Shown one piece after another: positions 53,638 through 64,000 of a DNA stretch of 64,000 bases. Location of the stretch: contig NW_003314311.1 in assembly GCF_000143415.4 (NCBI RefSeq), positions 416,181 through 480,180 on the forward strand, written 5' to 3'. The notes beneath the pieces were generated by a model. It had not been told where the DNA came from. It did no database searches and saw nothing but the letters and a program-made list of their open reading frames with translations. This DNA is from Selaginella moellendorffii (lineage: Eukaryota > Plantae > Lycopodiophyta). Position numbers and translations under genes: made by a program. Every line of letters begins with the position of its first letter. Within the stretch, counting starts at the first letter, position 1.

Positions 53638-56600
53638 ATGGCCAGGACCTCGAGCGGAGGTGGATCCAGGTTCGCGTCGTCCAATCTCAACGATCTCTAT
53701 GGCAAGCAGGCATTGTCGGGTGTGAACATCGGCTCTGGCGGATCGAAATCGAGGTATTTGCATGGCGGCACGCACGGAGGTATGCTCGTTCTGGCCAGGC
53801 CAGTGCGAACGCCGCCGGGGAAGCAGGCTAAGCCGGCACAGCCCAAGCTCACAGTCCCAGCGCCCGTGAATCTCCCCTCTCTTCGCAAGGAGCACGCTGG
53901 GAACGACCCTAGCATCACGCTCGTCGGGGGGACTGGAGTTTCGGGATGGTCCAAGCAGCAGGCCCCAAGCCAGCAGCAGCAGCAAGCGCTGGTGGAAGAT
54001 CCGGGCGTGGGCGATGGCCATCTCAAGTCCAACGGGTGGGGGATGGCTCAGGCACAGCACTTTGCGCAGGGCGGCGGCGGCGGAGCTGCGGTGATCTCCT
54101 CGGAGCAGTCGCCGAGGACAACAGGGAAGTACACGCCGCCGGCTGCTCGGGGCAGTGGCGCTCCTCTTGCGGCTGCTGCTCCTCCAGTTCGTGCTCCCAC
54201 TGCTGTGGTGCTGCGCGGGGAGGATTTTCCGACGCTCCAGGCTGCTGCTCCTCTCAATCCCGTGCCGTCGCAGCAGCGGCAGCGGGAGATCCAGCAGCGG
54301 CAGAAGGACAAGCAGCGAGAGATGAAGCACCAGCAGCTCAAGTTGCAGCAGCTGTCGCAGAACCAGTTCGAGAAGGAGCTGGATGAAGATGATGGCTACA
54401 AGCCGCCATCGCCGGTTCTAACTCTCCAGCCGCAATCCAAGCAGGGTGGTCTCAGAGACGAGTCTGTCCGGAGCTACTTTTCTCTCAAGGAGAACAGGAA
54501 GCCGAATGACTTGTCTTTGAGACCGGGGCCTCTCATTCACTTGACGCACACTTCCAACTGGGCTGACGATGAACGAGAGACGGCTTCCGTGTCCAAGCCT
54601 CCCGACTGGGAAGATCCACCGCGCTACGGACAGTCTTCTTTTGCTCGACCGGCATTTCAAAGAGAGGAGCGAGCGAGCTACAGGAGGGATGTGCCCGAGT
54701 ATGGTCGTAGCAGGGAAACGCAGGACTTCGGCTGGGATAGAGAGGGGTCCTTCGGGAGAAACGACTGGAACTTTGGGAGGAATAGCGGTTTTGATAGAGC
54801 AGAGGCGGATTCTAGAGGGAATAGTTGGCGGATGCGCGATAGCTACCACCACAATCGTGATAGTTTTTCGAGGGAGAGCTTTTTCAACAAACCGGGAGGC
54901 GACAGGGGAAGGCTTGGTGCACGAAATGGAGGTTTTGATCTTCCGGTGCGAGTCCGTAGCCCGTACTCTGAAGATACGTTCATGAGAGATTTTCCGGAGC
55001 TTCCAAACTTGGATCTTCGGATGGATTTGAAGTACAGAATGCGGAGGAAGAGGGAAGATTCGAATGAAGTCAGCTATCGCGATCTGGAACGCGAGTCATT
55101 CGAAACGGAGCTTGAGAGAGTTCAGAAGGAGCAAGAGCAGGAACGGCAGAGAAAGATCGAAGAAAGGGAGAGAGCAATTGAGCTTGCGAGAAAGGAGGAG
55201 GAAGAACGAGAGCGTCAGGCAAGGGAAGAAGAGGAGCGCCAGCAAAGACTTGAAGAAGAGGCCAGGGAAGCTGCAGCCCGTGCAGAGCAGGAGGCCCTTG
55301 ATTCCGTTCGAAAGGTTGAAGAAGCTAAGAGAGCTCGGGAAGAGGAAAAGCGCAAACTGGTGGAGGAAGAGGAAAGGAGAAAGGAGAATGCACGTCGAAA
55401 ACTTCTTGAATTGGAGGAGCGTATCGCTAGACGTGAGATGGAGAAAAAACAACCGAAAAATGGAGTGGAGGCCCCTGGTGAAAGCAATATTCCAGCAACA
55501 ACAACAAAGGCGCTAGATGATAACGACGACAGAGCCACTTCCAGAATTTCTGGTTTTCGGATGCAGCAGGATCAAACCAGCTCCCGTTTACGATCGCCCG
55601 ACATGCACAGGGTAACTCGTGAACCGGTCCCTCGTGGTGGAGATGATCGGTCACGACTTTCTTCTGCGTCTTGGAGAAGAGATTTGGGCGATCTTTCGTC
55701 TTTCCCCAACGATCACGGCAACGGTATGATGCACTCTCCGGGGCGCAGAGTTCCAGATGAAGGTGATAATTTTTACGGGAACGTGGATGGGCCTGTTGAC
55801 AGTTACAGGAAAGATCGGGAAGACAAATGGTCCTCAAACGGCGATCAGCTGCGAAACATGTTCGGATCCCCGCGTCCAAACAACTTTCCAGAACACGTTT
55901 TCATGGAAGACGATAGACGTTGGAGCAGGCGGCCAAGGGAGAGCAGACCATTTTCACCTCCTTCGCCAACTTCGTACGGCGGCAGCTACGATGCTCCTGA
56001 TGGAGTTTCCTACGGACGCTTGCGGCAGTCGCTTCCAAAGCAGCCCCGTGTGTTGCCTCCGCCAACAAGAACACATTCTCAGAAGCCGTCATTTTCTGGA
56101 AGTCAATCAGCTGCGTCAACTGTCACTTCATCTTCAGATCTACGAGAAGATGTTGCTCCGTCTCAAACAGCAACCGATGTGGAGAACACTCTGGCCGAGG
56201 AAATGTTTCCGGAAGACGAAGCATGTAGCGTAGGCGATGTACAGATCGACGTTACTGCTGAAGCTGTAGAGGCTGATACGAAACAACAGGGTGGAAGCAC
56301 AGTGGAAGTCTCCGGTGCTCCAAATTTCGAGGAAGAGATCTCTGAAACGGTGGATGAGACGGTTGATGAAGAGCAAAGGTCTGATATCAGCCACGAAGAA
56401 GACATCTTGAAGGGCACCGGTGAGCAGTCAGAGTTCAACTCGGAGATTCACGAAGAAGTAGAGCACATTGATGCAGCAGATCTGAACGCCACCTTGTCAG
56501 AACTCGTGGACTCGATCGTGGTGCTCCCAAAGACTGAAGTGGTGGAAGCTACTCAACTTGACGCCGTTCCTGTCGACGAAGACAAGTCGGAGGAAGTTGA

Positions 56601-59600
56601 GCTCAAGAGCGAGGTCATTGAAGTTGTTCAGGCTTCTGAGGTCCCAGCTGCGTTACTGCCGTCACCATTGCAAACTACACAGCCTTCTCCAGCCGGGCTG
56701 CAGCAACCGTTTCACCATCCACCGAGTTTTGTTCCGCCACAGCTTCCTCTACTTGATTCCAGGCCGAGAATGCAAGGTCCAATGCCAGATCGACCAATGA
56801 CCCTTCAGTTCGGGCTTCTTCCGGGTACATCTCTTCTCCAAGGCTCGATTCCAGCGATTCAGATTGGCTCCATTCAAATGCCACTTCAGCTACATCCTCC
56901 CATCGGACATCACGTCGCACACCTCCAGCCGCCACCTCAGTTTCAGTTCGGACAGATTGGTCAGCAAGCACCACTACTGCCTTCGTTTACGGTTCATCCT
57001 CAGGCAATGATGCAGCCTTCTATCATGAACATGGATGGCCAACAAGGCGTTCATGGGCAGCAGTTTCGAATGCAGCCACATCCTGAGAGGACGTTTTGGA
57101 CTCATCAATATGGCCAGGGAGGTGCAATACTCCAGTCTCCGGTCCAGAATAATTCGGCGAGCGAAAAACAGGTGGAGGTAACTGAACATGACGATGGAAA
57201 GCGCAAGAAAGACGCCGGAAAACCAGCAGCCGCAGCCCAGGATTCATGGAAGCCATCTTTTACAGATGGTCAAACCTCTGGTTACAGTCGTTTTCAAGAG
57301 AAAGTTGATGCGAAGCAATGGTCAGCGAGGCACGAGGGGCATAGTTCGACAGAATCTTTTCGTAAGAAGCCTAATCGTCGGGGTAGTCTGGATTTCAGAG
57401 CGCCAAACTTGTCAGAACGTGGACATTATGTACCGCGGAAGGGGGTTAAAGGTGACGACGAAAATGAGAAGTCTAGGCAAGCGGCAGAGCTGGCTTCTTC
57501 CGAAAGATTATTTGACCCTTCCGGAGGGAGCGAAGAAGATGACTTTATCGAAGTCAGATCAAAACGGCAGCTGCAGAAGGAGAAGCAAGTGAAATCCAAG
57601 CCAAAGCACACAAAGGTACTATACTTCTACTTGCTGGTTTTCTCGCAACTGATCTTGTATATTAGCAGCAAGCTCCCAAGCAACGAAACGGGTCGAAGCC
57701 TCTCCCGCCTAGAGATGCGAAAAATGACAGTATGCCCTTGGCAAATTGCCTCGATGTTGTAGTGACGACTTCAAGAACAAGGCAAGCTTCGCTATCAAAT
57801 CCTGAAGTGGGGTTTGAAAAGAGAACAAGAAGTCCACAGTAAGTGCCTTTTATTTTAGAAACATCATATATCTTTGGCTTTTCTTTTCATGCAGACCAAC
57901 ACAGATAAATTCCCTTGTTCCCGAGGCTCCAGCTTTTCCTCCGATTGTTGGTGAAGGTCAGAGTGCGCAGGCTAATGGAGCTGCATGGGGTTTTGGTCGA
58001 TCCAATCAAGAGGTGACGCACTTTACATTAGCTCAATGTCTGAAACGTTTTATAGGTGGTTACGCTTACACAGATTCAGCTGGAGGAGGCAATGAAACCA
58101 GCTCGGTTTGAAGTTCCACTTCCCTTGCAGGTACCTCTATCAGAGCATCTCAGTTCGGGACTAGAGTCCACATCCACACCATCTGTTACAGCGAAAGAGA
58201 AAGGTCCTCGGCCTGCTGCCGCATCAGGGCCTGTTAATTCTCTTCTTGCCGGAGAGAAAATACAATTCGGTACTGCTGCTTTCGATCTTGTGACAAGTGA
58301 TCTCATGAGAAGTTTGTCTTGCAGGAGCTGTTACGATGCCAGCATTTGCGTCAACAGTCCCTTGGCTGGGTCCCTCCCGCTCGGAGGGATTTCTGGGTGC
58401 TAGAAAAGAACTACAAGATGAGAATGAACTGGCATCGTTTGGCAAGGGGAAACGCTCCCGGGAGAACGAAGACGGGACAATGGACTCGGAGGCTGAAGCT
58501 GAGGCGGCCGAGGCAGAGGCAGCTGCATCAGCTGTTGCTGTTGCAGCAATCAGTAACGATGATTATCTACACGGTGCTGACCAGCTCGTTTCGTCGCACG
58601 GTATTATTGGTTCTTCTAACAAAGGCTCTCCAGCTGGTATTTTTATGCTGCAGTTTCTAAATTGCATGTCAACTAAGAGGTGTCCTTTCGCTTGTTTCAG
58701 GACTTGACACTCAAAACCCAACACAGTCTTCGGGGATTGACGAGACCATCAATGTCTCACTTCCAGCTGACTTATCCGTCGATATGCCACTGAGAGGACC
58801 TCCCACTTCTGGGCCACACTTGCCTTCGCTACCTGGCTTTCCTGGTTTGGAGATGGGAACCTTGCTAGGTGGACCAGTTTTTGCATTCGGCACGGGTGGT
58901 GAGGCCTCACGCGACTCCAACGGTGAACGTCCTGGTCCCGGTGGTTTAAACTGGCATCCGCGTCACGGTGTTGACTCCTTCTACGGTGGCCCGCATGGCT
59001 TCGCAGGGCCTTTCATCAACCACGGACCGATTCCAAGCATTCCTCCACACACTCTTGTCTACACCAGTCCGTTTGGTGGCGTGGGCCAGTTCGGGCAGCT
59101 GGGTGTAAGCTACATGGGACCGGCCCACATACCTCCCGTCAAGCAGCCGGATTGGAAACACACTCCAGTGACTTCTACGTCCTCAGGAGCAGGAACAAAC
59201 AGTGGGGACGCTGGAGGTGGTAACGGACCCGGTGCCGGCGGTGGCAGTATGCTCTACGCTCCGCACAGTAATCGTCACTTGGGCCATGATCCGTCAGTCA
59301 TCTCGGTAGTTCCTCCTGGTCCATTCGACATGTACAGGGATATGGCATTCCAGGTAGAAGAGACTTTCTTTTCTTTGGTTTTCGTTCAACTGGCTCACTT
59401 TTGCTCTTTGCAGTCCCAGTGGTCGCACGTCCCGGGGCCGCATGCACCGATGTCTGGGCCGATCCCGGGCTTTCCCCCGATGCATATGAGGCACCCCCAC
59501 CCGGCTTATCACATGCAGCATCAAGCCGATATCGCCAACGATCCGAGCATGGCGTCCGCGGCGGCGGCAGGCGCTGGAGCACCGGCCGAAGCCAGCGACC

Positions 59601-59678
59601 AGTACCTGGACGAGCTCGGGCTGGGGGATGCCATGTCCACGGCCAGCTCCGACGCGAGCAACACTTTCGCTGTACACC

Positions 59679-59709
<31 letters not shown>

Positions 59710-60307
59710 GCACAAACATCACCAACACCAACACCATCAACAACAGCAACAGGCAGCGCCGCCTTTCAAGCCTCCCAGCCCGGTGGTCTCGTCGCTACCC
59801 GCGGGAAGCAAACTACACTCCAGAGTGGTGGTCCAACCGGTGAGTGGAGCTGAGGGTGGCGGTGGCGGAGCTGGTGGCAGGCCAAACTCTGGAAGCTCTC
59901 GACCCGGCGGTGCTGCTGCGACAATGCCGACTTTCCAGCCTCACTCTTATGTCGCCACCGCCGCTGCCGGTGCTGCTGCTGCTGCTGCTGGCCCGCGACG
60001 CTCGATCGGGCACCAGGACAGGAGAGTGGCTCACGGTGGCGGCATTGGCAAAGTCGGGGTTGCAACAGGATGGTCTAACCACAGCCACAGCCAACAGGGA
60101 AGGAGAGGTGGAGGAGGATTTGCGGGTGATGCCAGCGGTGGTAGCAGCAAAAACAGCGGCTCCTCGTCGTCGGTGGCGCCGGCTTCCAAGCTCAAGCAAG
60201 TGTACGTGGTGAAGCCTCCTCCTCCAGCGGCGGCGGTGGCGATCAACACTGGCGGCGGTGATCACCATGCGGCAGAGATCTTCTCGGCGGACGCGAGACA
60301 CATGTAG
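53638..60307 (+). CDS. Large low-complexity BAT2/PRRC2-like protein (At3g50370-like family)
   Basis: RFASSNLNDLYG, KLTVPAPVNLPSLRKEH, VLRGEDFPTL, SNWADDER, RESFETELERVQ plus a long charged coiled coil, DDFIEVRSKRQ, LTQIQLEEAMKP, LLAGEKIQFG, SLPADLSVD, KQPDWKH. First exon ~4 kb. Confidence 0.85.
59677..59752 (+). repeat. Coding (CAA)n/CAY microsatellite encoding a polyQ/His tract
   Basis: HQQQQQQQQQQQHKHHQHQHHQQQQQ in the last exon. Confidence 0.9.
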
Positions 60308-60879
60308 CGCGAGGCGAGAGGCGAGGCGAGGCGACAGAGGAGAGGAGGCGAGGCGACAGAGGAGAGGCGGCGGCGCGGCGCGAGCAAGCGAGACGGAACG
60401 AGGCACAAACGCTCAACGCTCATCGCGCAAAGCACAAGAGCTTTCCTTCTTTGACGAGGTGAGAGAGTGAGTGAGTGAGAGAGAGGAGAGAGTCTTTTGG
60501 TGACGGGAACGAAGGGGAAGGAAGCTCTCACTTGCGATGCTCACATTCCTTTGATTCCAGAGAGGGATGGATGGGCGCAACCGAGAGCTCCGCGCGCAAA
60601 AGCTTTGTATTGGTATTTACGAGGAGGAAGAGGAGAGAACATCTCTCGAGCAAAGTTTGTGTTACTAGGCAACGAGGGCAAAAAGACTGACAGCGTGGGA
60701 GTGGTTTTGTAATAAAACAACATGTCTATGATTTAAATTCTAAGACTAATTATATTTCTATGAACTAATTCATTTTTTTAGATGTATATGATTAATGTGA
60801 CATATACTTGATAAGTGATCATCATCAATTCACCAATTGTATCATCAATTTCTTACCATTTAGCGAACAACTGGCACAT

Positions 60880-61810
60880 CCATCAAACGAGCAGAAAGTT
60901 CCAGGCAAAGAACGCTACGTTGGAAACTCAACAAAGCCATCTATGGCTTAAAGCAAGCTTCTCGCCAGTAGTTTGATGGTTATCTTTTCTAGAAGAGAGT
61001 GGGAGATGACGCAATTTGTATTGTGGTCTATGTTGATGATTCGTTGTTTGTCCGCAACAGCTCTGAGCTGAGACCAAACAGATTTTTTCTTCTCAAGGAC
61101 TTCATCCAGCATGACAGGAAACGAGATTGGCTCCATTTGCCTACACCAAGCCAAGTATGTGGAGGACATACTTCGGAAATGTTCCATGGGGCGTAGCTCA
61201 CCAGAACCAACACCAATGATAGCAGGTCTGAAACTTTCTAAGGATACATCTCCTTTCACCGATCATGAGAAGCGTCCCTTGTATCTGGTCGTTTGCACTA
61301 AGCGTGGTAAGCAGATTCCTGGACAACCTAGCTTGTAAACGAATTTTTCGGTACTAACGTGTCTTCTGGCCTTTGCTACAAGCAGCTTTCAGCTTCACAG
61401 GTTTTTGTGAGCGTTCCCATACAGGCTATTCTTTTAGCTTCTACGCATGGAGCAGTAAACACAAACCTCGTAGGCGTGTTCCAGCTGTGAGGTCGAGTAT
61501 ATGGCAGTCGCAAGGAATCCATATGGTTGAGGCGTCTTCTCGCTGAAGTTGGCGTTCCTCCGGCTGGCGCGACTGTGACAACCAAGGCTGTATTTCCTTG
61601 AGCAAGACCTCAACTCTAGAACCAAGCACATGGACACAACTCACCATTTCCTGCGTGATCAGTACGAGGATGGTGTGCTTGTGCTCACATACTGTCCTAC
61701 TCAGGACATGACTGCGGATGTGTGTTGATCGAACCATTGTCATCACCAAAATTCTTCCAGTTTTGAGCAGCCCTCGGTGTCTGCCCGAGTGGGAGTGTTA
61801 TGGAGAGTCC
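60880..61810 (+). mobile_element. Ty1/Copia RT-RNase H remnant with PPT and start of 3' LTR
   Basis: KLNKAIYGLKQASRQ, VVYVDDS, LHQAKYVEDIL, SSCEVEYMA, CDNQG, RTKHMD..HFLRD, TQDMTAD; GAGTGGGAG followed by TGTTA at ~61796. Confidence 0.9.
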
Positions 61811-62479
61811 GTGGAGTGTCCATTCTTTGGTGATATTGAATTCAATCTCAATTCAAGATCTTACCAGACAGGTTGATCGAGTTTTTTACGGGAAGCACTA
61901 GCGTGAAATATCGAGTTTTATTAGACCAAACATAACTTCAAACGCTCACACAAATGGTATGGTATTCCGAACAGAGGGACTCTGTTCCTGGTGGAATGAT
62001 ATTTTTACATGCTCAATACACAACGGGAAGGCCTCCCTATGGCGAGACTGCAGATATGTTTTTTGAAAAGTCATGAGCAGATTCCATAGCCCTATCTACC
62101 ATATGGACGTGGACACTGCATATCCGCTAACTCTACAAGCTGCCTCTAGTGCAATGGATCCAAGATCATGGTGGAATGTGATTCACGAACTCCTGCCCAG
62201 CTATGCTGAACTCCTATGTGCAAATTAGTGCCTCATTGAGCTAATGATACACATCCATAATTGCTCACGGACAGCAGGTATGGCTTAAGCAGTTGTCAAG
62301 ATTGTGTTAACACAAGGTTCGATGAGTGCAGGGTTCATAGCACATTTTTGTTAAGCTACTGCCTTCGCTAGCTAGGCTTCCATTTGCCGGTGATTACTCT
62401 CCATGATCTCTAACTGCAACAGGCTAGGCATATTTTTCATGGGAACTGACTTCTTTATCCATACACTAATCCTCAACCC

Positions 62480-63201
62480 TTTCCCTTACCCTCCAGAGGT
62501 TCACCTCCTATCCACGCCCTCCAGAGGTTTACCTTCCGCATCCACGTAGCAACGACGGTCGCGGTCAAATATACTTATGTCATACTTGGGGCCCTTCAAA
62601 GGCGCTCCACGGCTGCATGCAAGTGTCAAACACCCAAAAACAAAAAAGAAAAAAAGACAAAAAAAAAAACAAAAAGAGATGAACTCACTAATAGCCAACC
62701 CTCTGGAGAGCCTCCTTGAGTGCTACCGCTGATTCCCACTGCTCTTTTGGGAGGTCACAGTTCTTTGGGTCATTGTCTGACCCATGGATCCAATCAACAA
62801 ACTTGCTCTTTCGAAAGCCTACCGACACATGGTCCGTCCTGTGTGCATTGGACCAAATTTGTAAGCTCGGACATAAGGTCAAACCACAAACCTTTTCAGC
62901 CTTTCAATTCGCCGTCGCATTGTACTTTCACCATCCGGGTTGAATTTCATCACTAATTCGAGCATCGTAAAAATTTATGTGTAGAGGAGGCATGAAGAAG
63001 ACACTTACTCGGAACAGCTTTCCTTTTTTTCAGAAACTCCTCTCTCAGTGAAGCAGCCACCGCGGCATCATCCAGAAAGGAGGGAATGAGCGACCGCAGC
63101 CGGCTGAGTGGCATGTCATGGATTTTGGCGTATATCTTACCCTTCTCATCCGCCGCCAGCGGCAATCTTCCAAACCGATCCCACATCTCCGCCGCCATCA
63201 A
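62480..63201 (-). pseudogene. Unidentified intron-containing gene or gene remnant
   Basis: GC-richer exon-like segments (MAAEMWDRFGRLPL..., SKFVDWIHGSDNDPKNC..., RGAPLKGPKYDISIFDRDRRCYVD) separated by T-rich GT-AG introns. No family recognised. Confidence 0.35.
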
Positions 63202-64000
63202 CTTTAGGGCACATACCTAAAATGGTACATTTGGGGTGGAGGTGGGATTTTTGACTTTGGAGTTGGTTCTAGATCAGTTTTGTGGATGTTTTGAAGACGG
63301 GACAGCTCTGTTTTGCTTGCGTTGCTCACGTCGCTCGCACAACAGCGCTTATGGAGCTCAGGCGTATCTCACAGTGTTAGCTAGATCTAACGGTGGCAGC
63401 CACGGGGCAGCTAAGGTTTGTATTTGCTCTCTTGGGAGCTATCACTGGCACTAATGTCACCCAGCAGCACTTGGACAGAGGTAGATTGTATTGGTATTTA
63501 ATTTGTTTGTATTGAAAATGTACAAAATATAGAAGTACATCATATGAAAAGTCAATGCAATGCTTTCAATGTTTGTGTGTCAACCAAGAACCCCTTGCAC
63601 GTACTTAAGATTCTTCTTCTCTAAGGAATCACCTATCTCAGATGTGCATTGGCTTGCACTGCCTGAAGCCATGACAAGATAATTGCATACATGAATAATT
63701 AAATTTTCATAGAGTTTACAAAATCTATAACCACTGCCCATCTCCATGCAAATTAAATTAGATACAAAAAGTTATGAACTTAAATGTGCTTGCTAAAGGA
63801 AAAGATTGGGTTGTGCAGCTGCTTTGTTTTGTTGGTAGCATTGGAGACTTTTAGCTTTGATCATGGAGTTACACATTCCAGAACTGACGTTAGCACTAAC
63901 ACCAAATACGTAAGGTGTTATAAATTTAAATCTGATACCTCGTATGGATTGCATGATCAAAGCACCAAAAATTTTCCTTATCATCTCGTAAATAGCTCCT

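Noticed and set aside
53596-60723. Many overlapping ORFs on both strands, including polyCys/polyLeu/polyAsn frames
   Set aside because: Alternative-frame readings of the low-complexity BAT2-like gene and its CAA microsatellite.
63793-63984. 63-aa minus-strand ORF at the window edge
   Set aside because: Truncated context and no recognisable motif.

Overview
Eukaryotic land-plant nuclear DNA. The ~50-nt GT-AG introns, tightly packed genes and PPR array made almost entirely of short 31-aa motifs suggest the lycophyte Selaginella (inference). Two gene-dense blocks flank an AT-rich, heavily deaminated transposon region at ~22.4-39 kb. The left block (2.4-22.1 kb) holds MCM5, a PLS-E PPR, a mitochondrial FtsH3/10-type protease, two uncharacterised genes, MRL1 and a ferric reductase oxidase. 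The right block (42-60 kb) holds MED7, an OPT transporter, a tRNA-Gly array, a 2OG-Fe(II) dioxygenase and a large BAT2-like protein. Gypsy remnants lie at 1-2.2 kb and 44-46.6 kb, and a Copia remnant at 60.9-61.8 kb. The most notable observations are: (1) short LTRs carrying the 5S rRNA internal promoter (Cassandra-like TRIM plus a solo LTR); (2) an intronless AT-rich ORF joining an unknown, possibly toxin-like domain to a GNA/bulb-type lectin; (3) a frameshifted Crinkler-type P-loop NTPase (possibly with a REase domain); (4) two complementary halves of one Gypsy family placed as a ~23-kb inversion would leave them; (5) a tRNA-Gly tandem array showing graded deletion decay. All calls come from reading the sequence by eye; no searches were run.
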